This document shows positions 25,552 through 37,935 of a stretch of 49,788 nt of DNA, one piece after another. The position numbers were made by a program, and so were the translations under genes. The notes under the pieces were generated by a model. The model worked only from the letters and a program-made list of their open reading frames with translations, searched no databases and was not told where the DNA came from. Numbering within the stretch: the first letter of the stretch is position 1; every line of letters starts with the position of its first letter. The stretch is from Trichosphaerium sp. ATCC 40318. Lineage: Eukaryota > Protista > Tubulinea. The DNA is taken from assembly GCA_038496445.1 (NCBI GenBank), contig JALMLS010000434.1, positions 1 through 49,788 of the forward strand, in the 5' to 3' direction.

Positions 25552-28497
25552 ATGAGGTGTACTTTGCGTACTATTACGGTACAGGCGTCCACAAAACGCC
25601 AGATACGTACTGTAAAACGAAAGGAGCATACAACGGGCTACAACGGCGTTTTAAAGCGTAACACTGCCTGTGTTACCACTTCTACGCGCGTTAAACTATT
25701 TTCACCTGTGAACGCTCTACGGCATGTAAGAATACCACACCGAGCGTATTCAGAGGGTGATAAACCGTCAGGCGAGACACCAAAGATACCTGAAGTCAGG
25801 GAAGGCCAAAGACACTTCGATGACGCCGAACTAGCCGAATACGCTACCAGAGACCCACAGGGTGCATCCAGGCTTTATTTTTTAAACGGTACAGTAATCC
25901 TAGCTCGAGAACGAAGGCGGAATCACTAATCTGAGAATTAAAGGTATGGGATATAAATCAACAATGCAAATGCAACGCGCCTACACTCAATTCAAGAAGG
26001 CGGCTGACCTCGCCCCAGATAACCACCAATTCCTTCTACAGCTCGCTAGTATTGCATATGGTATTAACCGAAACAAAGAAGCCCTGAAGGCGCTTCTAAA
26101 ATGCGAGCAGTTGGACGGGTAAAGTCAATACTTTTAAGTCTAAAAGAGAAAATATATTTTCTGATCAAGTTGGTGTTGATACGTTTTTAGAAACCGGGCT
26201 GAATATCAATTCTTCAAAGCACGTGTTTATTTTACAATGGGAGAAAAGGATAAAGCTCTGGCAAGGATAGAGGATACTATAAATACAGAAAGGAATCAAG
26301 GCGTTTTACATTCTGCGCTTGCTCTAAAAGTAAGTCTTTCTTTATTTTTTCTTAAATTGTTCCTTTTGAAGCCTTGCAGCGTGTTTACAGTATTAGGCCA
26401 TGTGTTTAAGAGATAGTAATAAGTATGAGGAAGCTTTAAAAACACTAGATGCGCTTGAAGAGGGTATGCGAGAAATGAGAGAACTTATGGAACAAAGAAA
26501 GAAACTTGGTGCTGATGATGCAAAGGATAAAACCAAAATCGATCCGAGAAGGAAGATGCATGATACTTCTTTGAGTCTATTCAATCAAATTGAAATGCCA
26601 GACTTTGCTTTACATATAGCCAGAGGCGATGTATACAAAAAAATGGGTCATATTGAGAAGGCATTATCTTGGTAACCAATCTAAGAATTTTACAAAAAAC
26701 TTTGCAACATATTATTTCGTATGTCACGTGTTTACCTTTTTATGAAGCTATATCCTGGCTGATAAGGAAGGTGAAAAATCTATCAGTAATAATATAGATT
26801 TTATAGTAAATAAGGGAGAGCTACAGAGTGAAAAAGGTAAGCGATTCTTGGATTCTGCTAATTTTTAAAAAAGTACAAAACCCTTTTTTTTTTGCGCCTT
26901 CTATTTTGTTTATTCTATTGTGTACAGGAGATTTACAAGCATGTGTCAAGACATTTAAGTATGCACTAAAACTTGATCCAAAGAATTTCAAGGCTCACGT
27001 TAGTCTGGGCGTCTGCTATTTCCGAGTAGGTAAGTGTCAATCTGTTTCCATGTTTTTGGTACCGCCAAAAATCTGATGTTTTATTTTCAAGGACAATGGG
27101 TTGATGCTTTGGATTTTTTCCAAAAAGCTTTACAAATCAATATATTAAGCCCACATGTAGTGTGTTATATAGGTAAGTCACGCTGTATATGAGACTGTAT
27201 TGTCATACTAACAATTTTATTGATAGTGGAGTGTTATCTTCATCTTGAGTCATATGACCAATGTCTGGAGTTTCTTGACTTCCAAGCAGATAATTTTATG
27301 AACAATGTCACTAAAGCAAATGGTCAGGGTACTTTTATAGCATTAGTAATGCATCAAGTACGTCAAAAACAGAAAAAAAACCCAAAGATATGATTTGTCC
27401 TAACACAAAACAAAAAAAAAGTCAGGACGTGTTTTCTTGGCACAGAAGAATTTCAGAAAGGCTATAACTATCTTTAAACAAGCTGAAGAAGCTATAGTAC
27501 GTATAACCGGAGAAACTGGACAAGACATGTACGGCATAACACAAGAGCGAATCCAGACAACTTACTTATAGATTTACAGGATTGAAAAGAACTTTTTTTA
27601 TCTTGGACAAGCATATGAAGGACGCTGGATGCTTGAAGAGGCTAGGAGTTGTTATTACGATAGTATGGCAAGTGGCGTTAATGTTAGAGGACTTATTGGA
27701 CTCGGAAACATATCAGTAAAGCTGTCTGACTACCAAGGAGCAATAGGTTACTATAATGAGGTATTCTTTTTATCTTTTTGGGTTTTAGTCTGCTACAACT
27801 ACTTACAATGTCTTCAGCTTGCCGAATTGATGAAACAAGCTCCAGACAGTTTCGATAAAAAGGAGTTATACTTACATGAAGCATTCTATGGAAAAGGTAC
27901 ACAAGGAGGAATACAAATGGCGTTTGGCAATCAATTCAATCAGCTAACTCTTTTTTTTTTTGTATAGCGCAAGTTCTTGCTCATGTGGGTGCTAATGCTG
28001 AGTGCCTTAAATTAATTGATGAATCACCTGTAACATCACCATCGATGCTCCATCTAAAGTCAGATATATTGACAGCAATGGGAGATAAAAAACGTGGATA
28101 TAAACTGTTTCAAACAGCTGAAGAGCATGAAAGTAAGGGTTTGAATTTCTTGCCAACAAAGAACTGGCGTCTGTTTCAAAGAGTTGAAGATGTTGGAAGG
28201 AATAATGTTGCTTCTGATATTATAAGACCTGAAGAAGATGAAGAGACTGAAGCTGCAATGGATAAAATAAAAGACATGCTTGAAATAGAGCTTAGTGATT
28301 CTGATATAAAAACAGAAAATATACCACCAGTTGATGGAAGGTTATTGGAGTTCCCTAATCCTTATAAACATATTCCTCTAAAAGACTCAAAAAAAGATGA
28401 AACTGATAAAGATAAAGAGAGCGGTGAGTCTAAAAAAGAAAAGAAGGATGAAGAAACTGTAGAAAAAGAATCCAAAGAACAACAAAAAGAAATGTAA
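25552..28497 (+). CDS. Tetratricopeptide-repeat protein, possible mitochondrial presequence
   Basis: Arg/Thr-rich, acid-poor N-terminus (MRCTLRTITVQASTKRQIRTVKRK); TPR-like exons (FKKAADLAPDNHQF, FKYALKLDPKNFKAHVSLGVCYFRVG, GLIGLGNISVKLSDYQGAIGYYNE); charged tail ending at 28497. Confidence 0.85.
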
Positions 28498-28750
28498 TTA
28501 AAACAATAAAAAACTGAAATATTGCATTCCCAAATCATTTCAGACAGTTGGTCTTCATTCATGCACTTTTCTTAAAAGCATATCCAATGTACTTAATAGG
28601 TCAGGTTAATTGGAGTGGATAATTGCACTGGAAGTACTTTTTGGTCATACATAAGCACAAATAAACATGTGCTCTAATCAAAGGCATCACATAAATAATA
28701 ATCGAATAAAAGGTGGTACAATGCTATTTTATTGATGAATTTATTTGATC

Positions 28751-30177
28751 TTATACAGGAATTGGAAAAGTACAGGTTTTTGTCTCACATATTAACTCTC
28801 CGTTTCTATCCCACTCACAAAAATCGCTAAAATACTTTCCATTCTTCATTTGACACTCAATATGGACATTTCCGTTTTCCCACCATTGCTTATACAAACC
28901 TTGAAACAATCCTTTTTCCTTTTGACCTTCCTTCATTTTACTACCATTAAAGAACCATTCTTCATACTTCCCCTCCTCTATACCATCAACCAAATGAGAC
29001 CGAATCTGAAGCTGACCATTATCATACCACTCCCTACTTTGACCATACCTCTTACCATCCTTCATGAAACACTTTACAGCCAACTGCCCATTAACATGCC
29101 ATTCTCTGCTGACGCCTTGTTCTTTTCCCTTGGACATTGTGCATTCAAATGACTGTTGACCGTTATCATGCCACTCCTTACACACACCTTCCTCCAAACC
29201 ATTCTCTACCATACACTCTGTCATTAAAACACCATTTTCATACCACTCCCTGCACAAGCTATTGATCTTGTCATCCTTCATTTCACATTGCATCCGAAGC
29301 TGTCCGTTCTTATGCCACTTCTTATATTCTCCATTCATCTTCTTGTCCTCCATGTGCGTCTGGATATACAACTGACCATTGTCATGCCACTCCTTATATT
29401 CACCTTGCTCTTGACCATGTACCATAGTACACAAGACAAATAATTCTCCATTGACATGCCATTTCTTGGCAACACCATGCTCTAAGCCCTTTGACATGTA
29501 GCATTCAAAAAACAATTGTCCATTTTCATACCACTGCTTGCACAACCCTTCCTCCTTTCCATCCTTCATTAAGCACTTTGTATCTAATTGACCATTATTA
29601 TAAAATTCCTTTGACTCTCCTTCCTCAGCACCATTGACATAGAAGAGGAGAAGTTCAAGTGCTCCATTGACATGCCATTGTTTGTTGACTCCTTCTTTTT
29701 TTCCATTTTTCTTGATGTAATGTGCATGAATATTACCATTATCGAAATAGTGCTTAACCTCTCCATTCTCAACACCGTCTTTGAAATAGGCAGTAACACG
29801 CACCCTACCATTTCTATGCCAGTTTAACCAATGACCAGATTTTTGCAGATTTGCATTAAAACGTGTTAGTGTAGCCGCTTTTTTGCTCAGTCTTGGCCTA
29901 GAATAAACAATAAGTAAAGGTTGGTCGTTTTTCTTTTATCTCGTTTCTTTTCTTCTTTTTGTTAGGAACCGATTATCTCCACGTGCCATTTACAAAAAGT
30001 TTCACAATCATACTCGCTCATTGCACATTGTAGTTCAGAGGGAAGGTCAAGTAACTGTATTTTGTGTGTAAGGGCATGAACTCGCTCTAAATATGTATTA
30101 GACAGCACATCATAAGACCATAATAAACTGTAACACTTGTGTGACGTACTTTTCTTCAAATTATTAGGTTGAGCCAT
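28751..30177 (-). CDS. F-box-like + MORN-variant repeat protein, copy 2 (3 exons)
   Basis: MAQPNNLKK/KRVHALTHKIQLLDLPSELQCAMSEYDCETFCKW/PRLSKKAATLTRFNANLQKSGHW, then about 14 24-aa W(H/Y)xNGQL repeats. The second intron (29986-29898) is GC-AG. Confidence 0.85.
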
Positions 30178-30407
30178 GTAAATTATCGCTTTATTCCAAA
30201 TAGAGATAGGTTTAAAGAGATATAGGCGAAGCTGGAAGTACAACACAATACAAACCTGGTTTTTTGTATTCAAAAATACAACTATCTGTATTAAAACTGT
30301 AAATATTAGTACGTAGGCTATAGTACGAAGATTTTTCGCTATTGCGTTGCTATTTCCGAGGTCGTCTTTGAATACTCCAAAAAACGAGGCGCAGTCAACT
30401 TAGTTCA

Positions 30408-31689
30408 ATGCTGAACTCCGCACGTATTGCTAGAGGGCTGCGTATGGAATCTGTAACAGTTTCACACTCCAAATGGACCAATAAACGCGGTGAGAAGCTG
30501 TTCCTCCGTACACATACTGCACCAAACCCTAAAGCGTCAGTTGTTTTATTACACGGCATGCACGCGCACTCAGGTTCGTTTACCACTACATCTGGCTTTA
30601 CACGTTCAAATTTCCAACCAAGAATTCTCACAAACGCCTCCAGTCGCTGACACACACTAATTCGCGCATCCAGGCGCATGTTTAACGCTGAAATTTATTG
30701 AGACACTCGTAAGCAAAGGATATAACGTTGTAGCGTATGATCAACACGGTCATGGACAAAGGTACCCACACTATTTCCTGATAGCGATACAACAGCTTCT
30801 TTGTTTCAGAATAGTACCTTCCAATTTCGTATCTGCTAACACGTGCATCCTACAAGTGCGTCAGACGAGAACCGCGGCTACGTAGAAAATTGGGAGTATC
30901 TGGTTGATGACGCTGTTAGTTTTATGATTGACTACACTACTGGTACGCCCCAACACAGACTTCACATTTGGGACGGTTTTTTTTGTTGATACGCTAAAAG
31001 GTAGTGACCACAGCTTGCCGGTTTTTATGTCAGGCATATCCATGGGTGGTTGCGTATCTTATTTGGCAGCGCTTAAATTACACTCAATGATTCAGAGCGG
31101 TGATGTAGAAAAACAATTTTCAGATTGGTGGCGTGGAACAGTACTGTTATGTCCTGCAATTTTCAACTCGATAGAGCCGCCATGGATAGTCAAACAGATG
31201 CTCTTGTACGGCCTCACTTAGCTTCATGTCGTCATTGACCTTTTAAACAAGGGCCGTAGCTGCTATGGGTGGTAACAGATTGAGGCTAGGACCACTACCT
31301 GATGTTAAAAAGTTTGATTCGGTGGAGGTGTACAATACAATAATGGCAGATCCTCACAGTTACACTGGACAAATGTTTTTGTCAACAGGCAAAAACCTGC
31401 TACATATGACAACACATGCACAGGTACACACACGTGATTTATTGTTATAACTGCCTTTAACCCACTTTGTTCGAAGACGCGTTTAAAGGAAGCTAAGTTT
31501 CCTTTTTTTATCTGTCATGGCCAAGGAGATCCTGTTGTTCCTTGCTATGGCTCAGAAAAGTTATTTAAAGAAGCACAGTCTGAACACAAAGTTTCAAAGA
31601 TATACGACGACCTTCCAACCCATTTCATTATATCAAGAGAACGCGTGGTAGATGATGTCAGCGAATGGATATCTAGTCGCCTTACATAA
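30408..31689 (+). CDS. Alpha/beta hydrolase, monoacylglycerol lipase/lysophospholipase-like
   Basis: KLFLRT...VVLLHGMHAHSG, AYDQHGHGQS, nucleophile elbow GISMGG, FFICHGQGDPVV, KIYDDLPTHFII; TAA 31687-31689. Confidence 0.9.
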
Positions 31690-31817
31690 AGTGAAACAAG
31701 GCTCCGAAAAGACAGCTCGGTGGCATAATAAAACAAAAAAAAAAAACAAAAGTAAAAAACATTTTACACGTGTAACGTAACAAAAAAATAAAAAAAACAG
31801 AATAAGGAATATTATTT

Positions 31818-33190
31818 TTATACAGTGAGAAAGTCCTTTGCATGACCACGAAAAATTTTAACTGGAAACTTTTCAGTAATGAGCCTGCCATCGCTAAAAA
31901 TTACGACAAGATTTACTTCGAAATTAATCTTAAATGTCTTCTCTTCCTACCACACCAGATAAGCATCATCAAAAACATACAACAAATAATCAACGTACAA
32001 CTGAAGGACATGTAAATAGGCGAGGGAATACCATATAAATAGGAATCTTTATGCCTCTTGCAATGTTACCATCCGCGATTTGAATATTTTGAATTTCAGT
32101 TGCTAGCAGAAAAAGTCAAAACAAACTTTTCTTTTTTGAACCGTACCTTCTTTTGCAAATCCATCAACACATCCACACGTCTCTACCTGATAAAACACTT
32201 TAGGAATATACTAATAATCTGTACTGAGATTGTACCCTAACAAGTTGTATTTCTATGGAACCTACAGCCGTGTTGCATTCAACAAGTTTTAGCCATCCTT
32301 AAAGCAACCAGTGTTAACAAAAAAAAAGGACAACCGAGGGACCGCCTTACCTTCAAATGGTACGCCAAGCACGCATTTTGAAGACTTTAAATGACCTACT
32401 ATAGTAAAATCAGGAATGTGTTTCGTAGAGCCCTAATTCGACGTTAAACAAAAAAAAAACTTAGTATTTCGTTTCAAACCTTTTTGGCTACTTCAAGTGA
32501 ATTCGGTGTTATGGTAAAATCTTCTGGTGTAGGTGCATCAACATTGGCTTGCTGTGCACGGAGAAAAAAAACGTGTCAGTTGCACGCTTGCCGTGAATCA
32601 GAAAAGACGAAATGAGGTACTTACAGGCACTTCAACAATAAACTCTAATTTTTTTTCAATGTTCTTGCCAGCTAGAAAACTGCGTTGCATCTGTACAACC
32701 AACGTATACTGTGTGTTGATATACACACCGTGGTATGTTTCGTATATTTTTTGCTGGTCAAGAGGCTTGACTACAAATTCAAATGGATGCTCTGTGACGC
32801 CATCCTACGATTAAATTAGTGCGAAATAGACAAAATGGCGAATGATCATTCGTTAGACATTTCTCGGGTAAAATAACGGTTCTAAACGCGTACTCGTATC
32901 TTGCCTGCTTTTTCAATCTCTGTACGATAGTCACAAAGCGTTATTGGTTTTACAGAATTATAAAACGCTTCAAAATATCCCACAGAACGCGCACTGAGGT
33001 GTAGTGACACTACACCAGTCATGCTAATAGTCAAGCCTTGATGGGATGACGTCCCTCGTGATTTTATGCATACGACACCCTTAACAGTGTCCTTTCAACG
33101 TGTTAACAACGAATTTAGCATAATAAGCCTCACCCCTGGTTCGTAAATGCGAGTAACACGTTCTAAGTTTATGTCTATTGTAACAGACAT
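31818..33190 (-). CDS. VPS26C: Vacuolar protein sorting 26C (DSCR3), Retriever complex subunit; missed by the ORF track
   Basis: Spliced translation contains LHLSARSVGYFEAFYNSVKPI, YETYHGVYINTQY, IQLVRVETCGCVDGFAKEATEIQNIQIADG, PIYMVFPRLFTCP and ITEKFPVKIFR, recognisably matching DSCR3/VPS26C. Eight GT-AG introns. Confidence 0.95.
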
Positions 33191-33329
33191 TTTTGTATGC
33201 TTTTTAATGTAGGTACAGGCGCAAAAAAAAACGTTGTCAACGAGAGTCAATCACTATCGCGTTTTTCGCTAAAACAATTGTTAACACTGTATATATTGGA
33301 GTCAGTACGCTTATGAATGTTGCATATGG
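33191..33329. promoter_or_regulatory. Probable compact bidirectional promoter (VPS26C / propeller-PH-LRR gene)
   Basis: About 140 bp separate divergent start codons. No specific element identified. Confidence 0.45.
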
Positions 33330-36300
33330 ATGATGAAGAAGGTTTGTGAGCCTTATCCGAACGTGAAGCTAAAGGTGGGTCATTCCCGCAATTACCCACT
33401 GGATGCTCCGCTGTACCTCGACACCAAATTTTTCGCCATCAATTTTACAGTACCACTCAGCAACGGATGGGTATTTATATCGTACAAGAACACGGGCTCC
33501 TACCTGTTAAAGAACTTTATCACGAAAGAAACAAAGAGAGTGGACAATAAGAACCCCTTTCGTCTTTACTTGCTCTCATGGCCCTTTTTCTATACTCTAC
33601 ACAACAGAAACAGTGGTGGTTGGATCATACAGCAGTGTAACATTGAAACAGGGCAAATTTCGTTCGCGGAGCCTCTACTGCACTATGACATTGAAGAAGG
33701 TGTGCAAGCGATACTGTCACACGCTAGCGGAATTATTTTGGTCACAACATCAACGGCATACCTACTTACAGGTACGTAGCAACAAAGTGTAGACATCCTC
33801 AAAATTTGCGTGTAAAACGCAGAGTATTGTGGTTGTTGCCCACAAAAAAACAAAAAAAAAAAAACTGGAGTTTGTTCCACATTTACGGCAATAACACTTC
33901 CCCTACGCCATAAAAAGTAGATACAAAGAGCAACTCCGTACTTACTCAGCGATTTAGATTTTAAAGAATGCGACTTGGAGGTTTTAGACCTCGCAACTAA
34001 GCCCACACTCATAAAAAATATAAACTCGACGCACTCGAAAGTGAATGGTGAGTTTCCAGCAACCTTGAAGCCAAAAAAGAAAAAAATTACCTAAAAACAG
34101 CCTCGCAACGCAGACAATTTTTTTTTATTTACAACTGCCTATTTAATCGATTACATTTTTTTTTGGCAGTGTGGGACGGGACTAATTTCGGATTAATTAG
34201 GTAATCTCCTTTTACTTGCTTCACTTCGAGAATTTCAATTGTGGGATATTGTAAAAGGTGGATGTTATCTTGCTGATACGCTTAGAGAGTATGTCACGTC
34301 ATTTTTGATATAAAATCGCGATTAATTGTATTTTTTTGGGATTTTTACGAATAATCCATGGACCTTCCTTCTTGGTCTATTCGACTTGATTAGTTACTTA
34401 AAAAATGAATTAATTAATTAATACGCTACTAGGAATGAGACGACGTATTTGAGCATTTTATTCGAAGGTCTTACCATTGTTGTTAATGTACCTTCAAACT
34501 TGTACATATGGCGGTTAGGCAAAGGTAAGATTCCTCAGAACCCTTCTTAGATTAAATGTAGTGGATTGGTTTGGTTTTTTTTTTGTTGTTGCTCTTTTAC
34601 TTAAAATTCTATTAGTTATTGACTTTGTGGAGTTTCCTCAGGAGGTGCCTATATCGGCACTACAGCTCAAGGATCGATATTTAATTGCAGCTAATATTCA
34701 CGGTGTAATGACACTTTATGACATTCAATTACGCCAAATGCTCTATAAACTTAATGTACCACATACAGATGTAACGCAGCTTTCCTTGATCTCTCAGCTA
34801 AAGCAACGTATTAACTCTGTGGTTATTTGGGATTCATTAGTCATAGCTGCAGCAGAACAAGGTGAACTTTGATTGAAAATACGGCACTTCCGTTAATAAC
34901 AACAACGTTTTTTTTTAAAACCCATTGGCTTTTTATGACAAGAAACTAACAACTTTTCTTTGCGTTCAGGTTGTGGTATATGGTCAATTCACCTGTCTGA
35001 TAGTACATCACCCTTGAAGCGGATAGACACTGGAGGACCATGCAAATACATACAGACCATAACGAACAATGTATGATTGGTTAAAAAAAACCCAAGGATC
35101 TTTTTTTTTTTTGATTACTTACAGGTTATTCCTAGACCGCATTAATAACTGTACAAAAATTGGATAGTCCAGGTACCTGACATTATTATTATTTTTTTTG
35201 AAAAAATTGTTTTATTATTATTACTGCTACTTTACTACGAAAAAAAAAAAACTTACACCTATAGCGTCATGTATTGATATAGTGTTGTGGGCTCCGAATC
35301 GAAAGAAGCTGGCAGCATTTCCCAACCTACCAAATAGCGATAATATTCGCGAGTGTAAAGCGGGTTACTTGGTACTCCTTGGGGTAGGTAAAAAATTTTG
35401 GTTGCGCCTAGCAGACGACACGCTCCACCTGTATAAATCTCATAAGGTATCTCATCATTGTCTTGAAAATATCTCCTCTTCACTTCTGACATGATATGTA
35501 ACTTTAGGAGCAACACCTCAATGCTGAGCATGCGTTGACGCCAATGTCTATTTGTCGTGTGCATAATAAGTCAGTTGTTCTTGATATAAAGGTATCATCA
35601 TCATCGCACCTCTCTATTTTTTATTTTGGTCTAATGTCGACAATAGAGCAACGGAGTTATGGAGAGAATGGTTTTTGCTGCGCCTATTGCCGAGTTGTTG
35701 GTATGGCACGATATAATTAGTGCCTGTATAAAGGTTAGATATACTTACAAATATTGCATGTTTATTGACCTCCTTCTGCGCCTTAGACGCTTCACGAAAG
35801 AGATGGGTGGAGATCTAGTTTACCTATATGTTTCTTAGACAAAGTGCCAAAGCTTGTTTGTTTTGACGATGCCAAAAACTTTGGGTAAGCAGGAGAATAC
35901 TTGGCGTTTTGTTTAGTTGTTTGTGTTGTTGACATGTTAACTTTGTAGGGTAATTTGTAAAAAGTGGCGAGCTTCGTTTGTTAAGATTGTCAAGGTTTTA
36001 ACTGTCAAAGCACCTGAAACAGATAATGAAAAATTACGTGGATTAGATAAGCGCTTTCCAAATTTAAGACAGCTAGAGTTGTGTAATTGCTATCGTGTTA
36101 GTGATAATGGTCTTCTTCATATTGGTATGATGACAAAATTGACAAGCATAAACTTACAGAGTTGTGGTGTATCACCTGATGGACTCAGGCATCTATCCAA
36201 TTTATCCAAACTCAAGGTTATGAGCTTACAAAGATGTTCATATATTAATGACAACGTACGTACAGAATAGAAAAAAGCATCTTTGTACTCTTCATGTCTT

Positions 36301-37359
36301 TTTAAAATTTCCTCTTTATTTTTTTTTTTTAATTTACACCTAGGCTTGCCATCGTATTGCGTTTTTGTTCCCTTCTTTGAGGAAATTAGATGTTGGTGGG
36401 TGTGCTAGGATAACTGATGAAGGTGTAAAGTCTTTAGCGAAGCTTAAGTCGCTTCGTGTTTTGAATCTTTGGTATTGCCGTTCTTTGACGGATACTACAC
36501 TCGACCACATTGCTATGGGACTTAAAAAACTACACACGCTGATTGTAACTGGGTGTACACTTCTCACAGATTACAAATTACATGTACTTAATAAGATACC
36601 TCGCTTGAACATAGAGGGCATAGAGGGTCTCATCAAGAAGAATGGAGATCGAAGAGTACGCCACCATCTTACAGATATTTTGTAGTTTTGTCTGGACCTT
36701 TGTGTTAATGTAAACTTATAGAATAAAACTACAGTATATGTGGCTATGCCCGAAGACTCGGAGATGAATTTAACTCTGTCGGCTGGTAGGTTTCTTTATT
36801 TTATGTTTATATGAAAACAAAACTGATTTACCTTTTAGGATCTCTGTCGTCTGTTGAATCAGCTGAAGAAGCGCCTACTGCAAGTAATATAAGAGTACTC
36901 CGTACCAGTAATAGTTCACCACGATTGCGATCGCCTCAAGCAAAGTTGAACCAATTAAAGTCAATGACAGCTGGCGGAAGCGAACCAAACTTTAACGCTA
37001 AAAATAAGTTACGTAAATTTAAGTCAATGTCAAGCACGTCAAAACTAGGCCAGTTATCAAGCAAACGTAGAAACGGAACTGGTAGAAGTATAAGAAAAAA
37101 ATCAAGTATATCAGGCGCTATGACATCGTCTAAGCACCGTGATAATGATAGAAAAGTCAGAAAAAAGAGGAGCATGTCTGCACTTTACAACAAGCACCAT
37201 GTCACTCGGAAAACATCGCGCAGCACCTCCACAAAACTACGCAAGTCTACTCCCCAAAGCAAAAAGAAGCCTAGACGAAAATCTCATACTGGATACAAGA
37301 CCTCAATTCCACCTTTAGGTGGTTTGGACGCACTAGACGAAGGACCAGAAGGGCTGTAG
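33330..37359 (+). CDS. Beta-propeller-like + PH + Cys-containing LRR protein with a basic disordered tail
   Basis: WD-like exons (ISALQLKDRYLIAANIHGVMTLYDI); PH (KAGYLVLLGVGKKFWLRLADDTLHLYKS...LLVWHDII); LRRs (LRKLDVGGCARITDEGVKSLAKLKSLRVLNLWYCRSLTD); stop at 37359. The start and the single-gene status are inferred. Confidence 0.65.
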
Positions 37360-37935
37360 CACTCGTCCACGTGATAGAGAATAAGTTGTATTTTAAGTAA
37401 GTGAAAATTAGAAAAACACAAACAATTGCCTCCCTTCGTTTATTTTCGAACCTAAATACGCACGTGTGCCATATGAGTTGGGCTGTAGAAAATGTGTTTC
37501 ACAATGTTAATTAAAAAAAACACAGTCTGTGAATTCAATGGTAGTTACATAGCGCCACAATGCCAAAGATCAAAGCCACAACTTAATACCTTGTAAACCA
37601 GACAAGTATGTTGACATGTGTGGCTAAACGGCCCTGTTCATTAATTGAAGCGTACATCGACTGTTTATGGCGTCAACAGCCAGATTGGGCATGTAATTAT
37701 GTTTGAGTCAATGCTAATCAGCTAATGGTGTGTAAACTCAACTAAACTCCGGATAAAAAAACAAGATAAATACAAAAGAGACTCCTGCGCGTGAATATCA
37801 CATGATTAAGGGTTTTTTTAGAACATGGGAAGTTCTCCCTTTTGCTGCTTAGTTCAACAAAATTAAGCGCACTACGGATTTGTGTAATCTGCTTTACGTA
37901 CTTCACAATTACTTAAAATCTACCAAAAATCTTGT

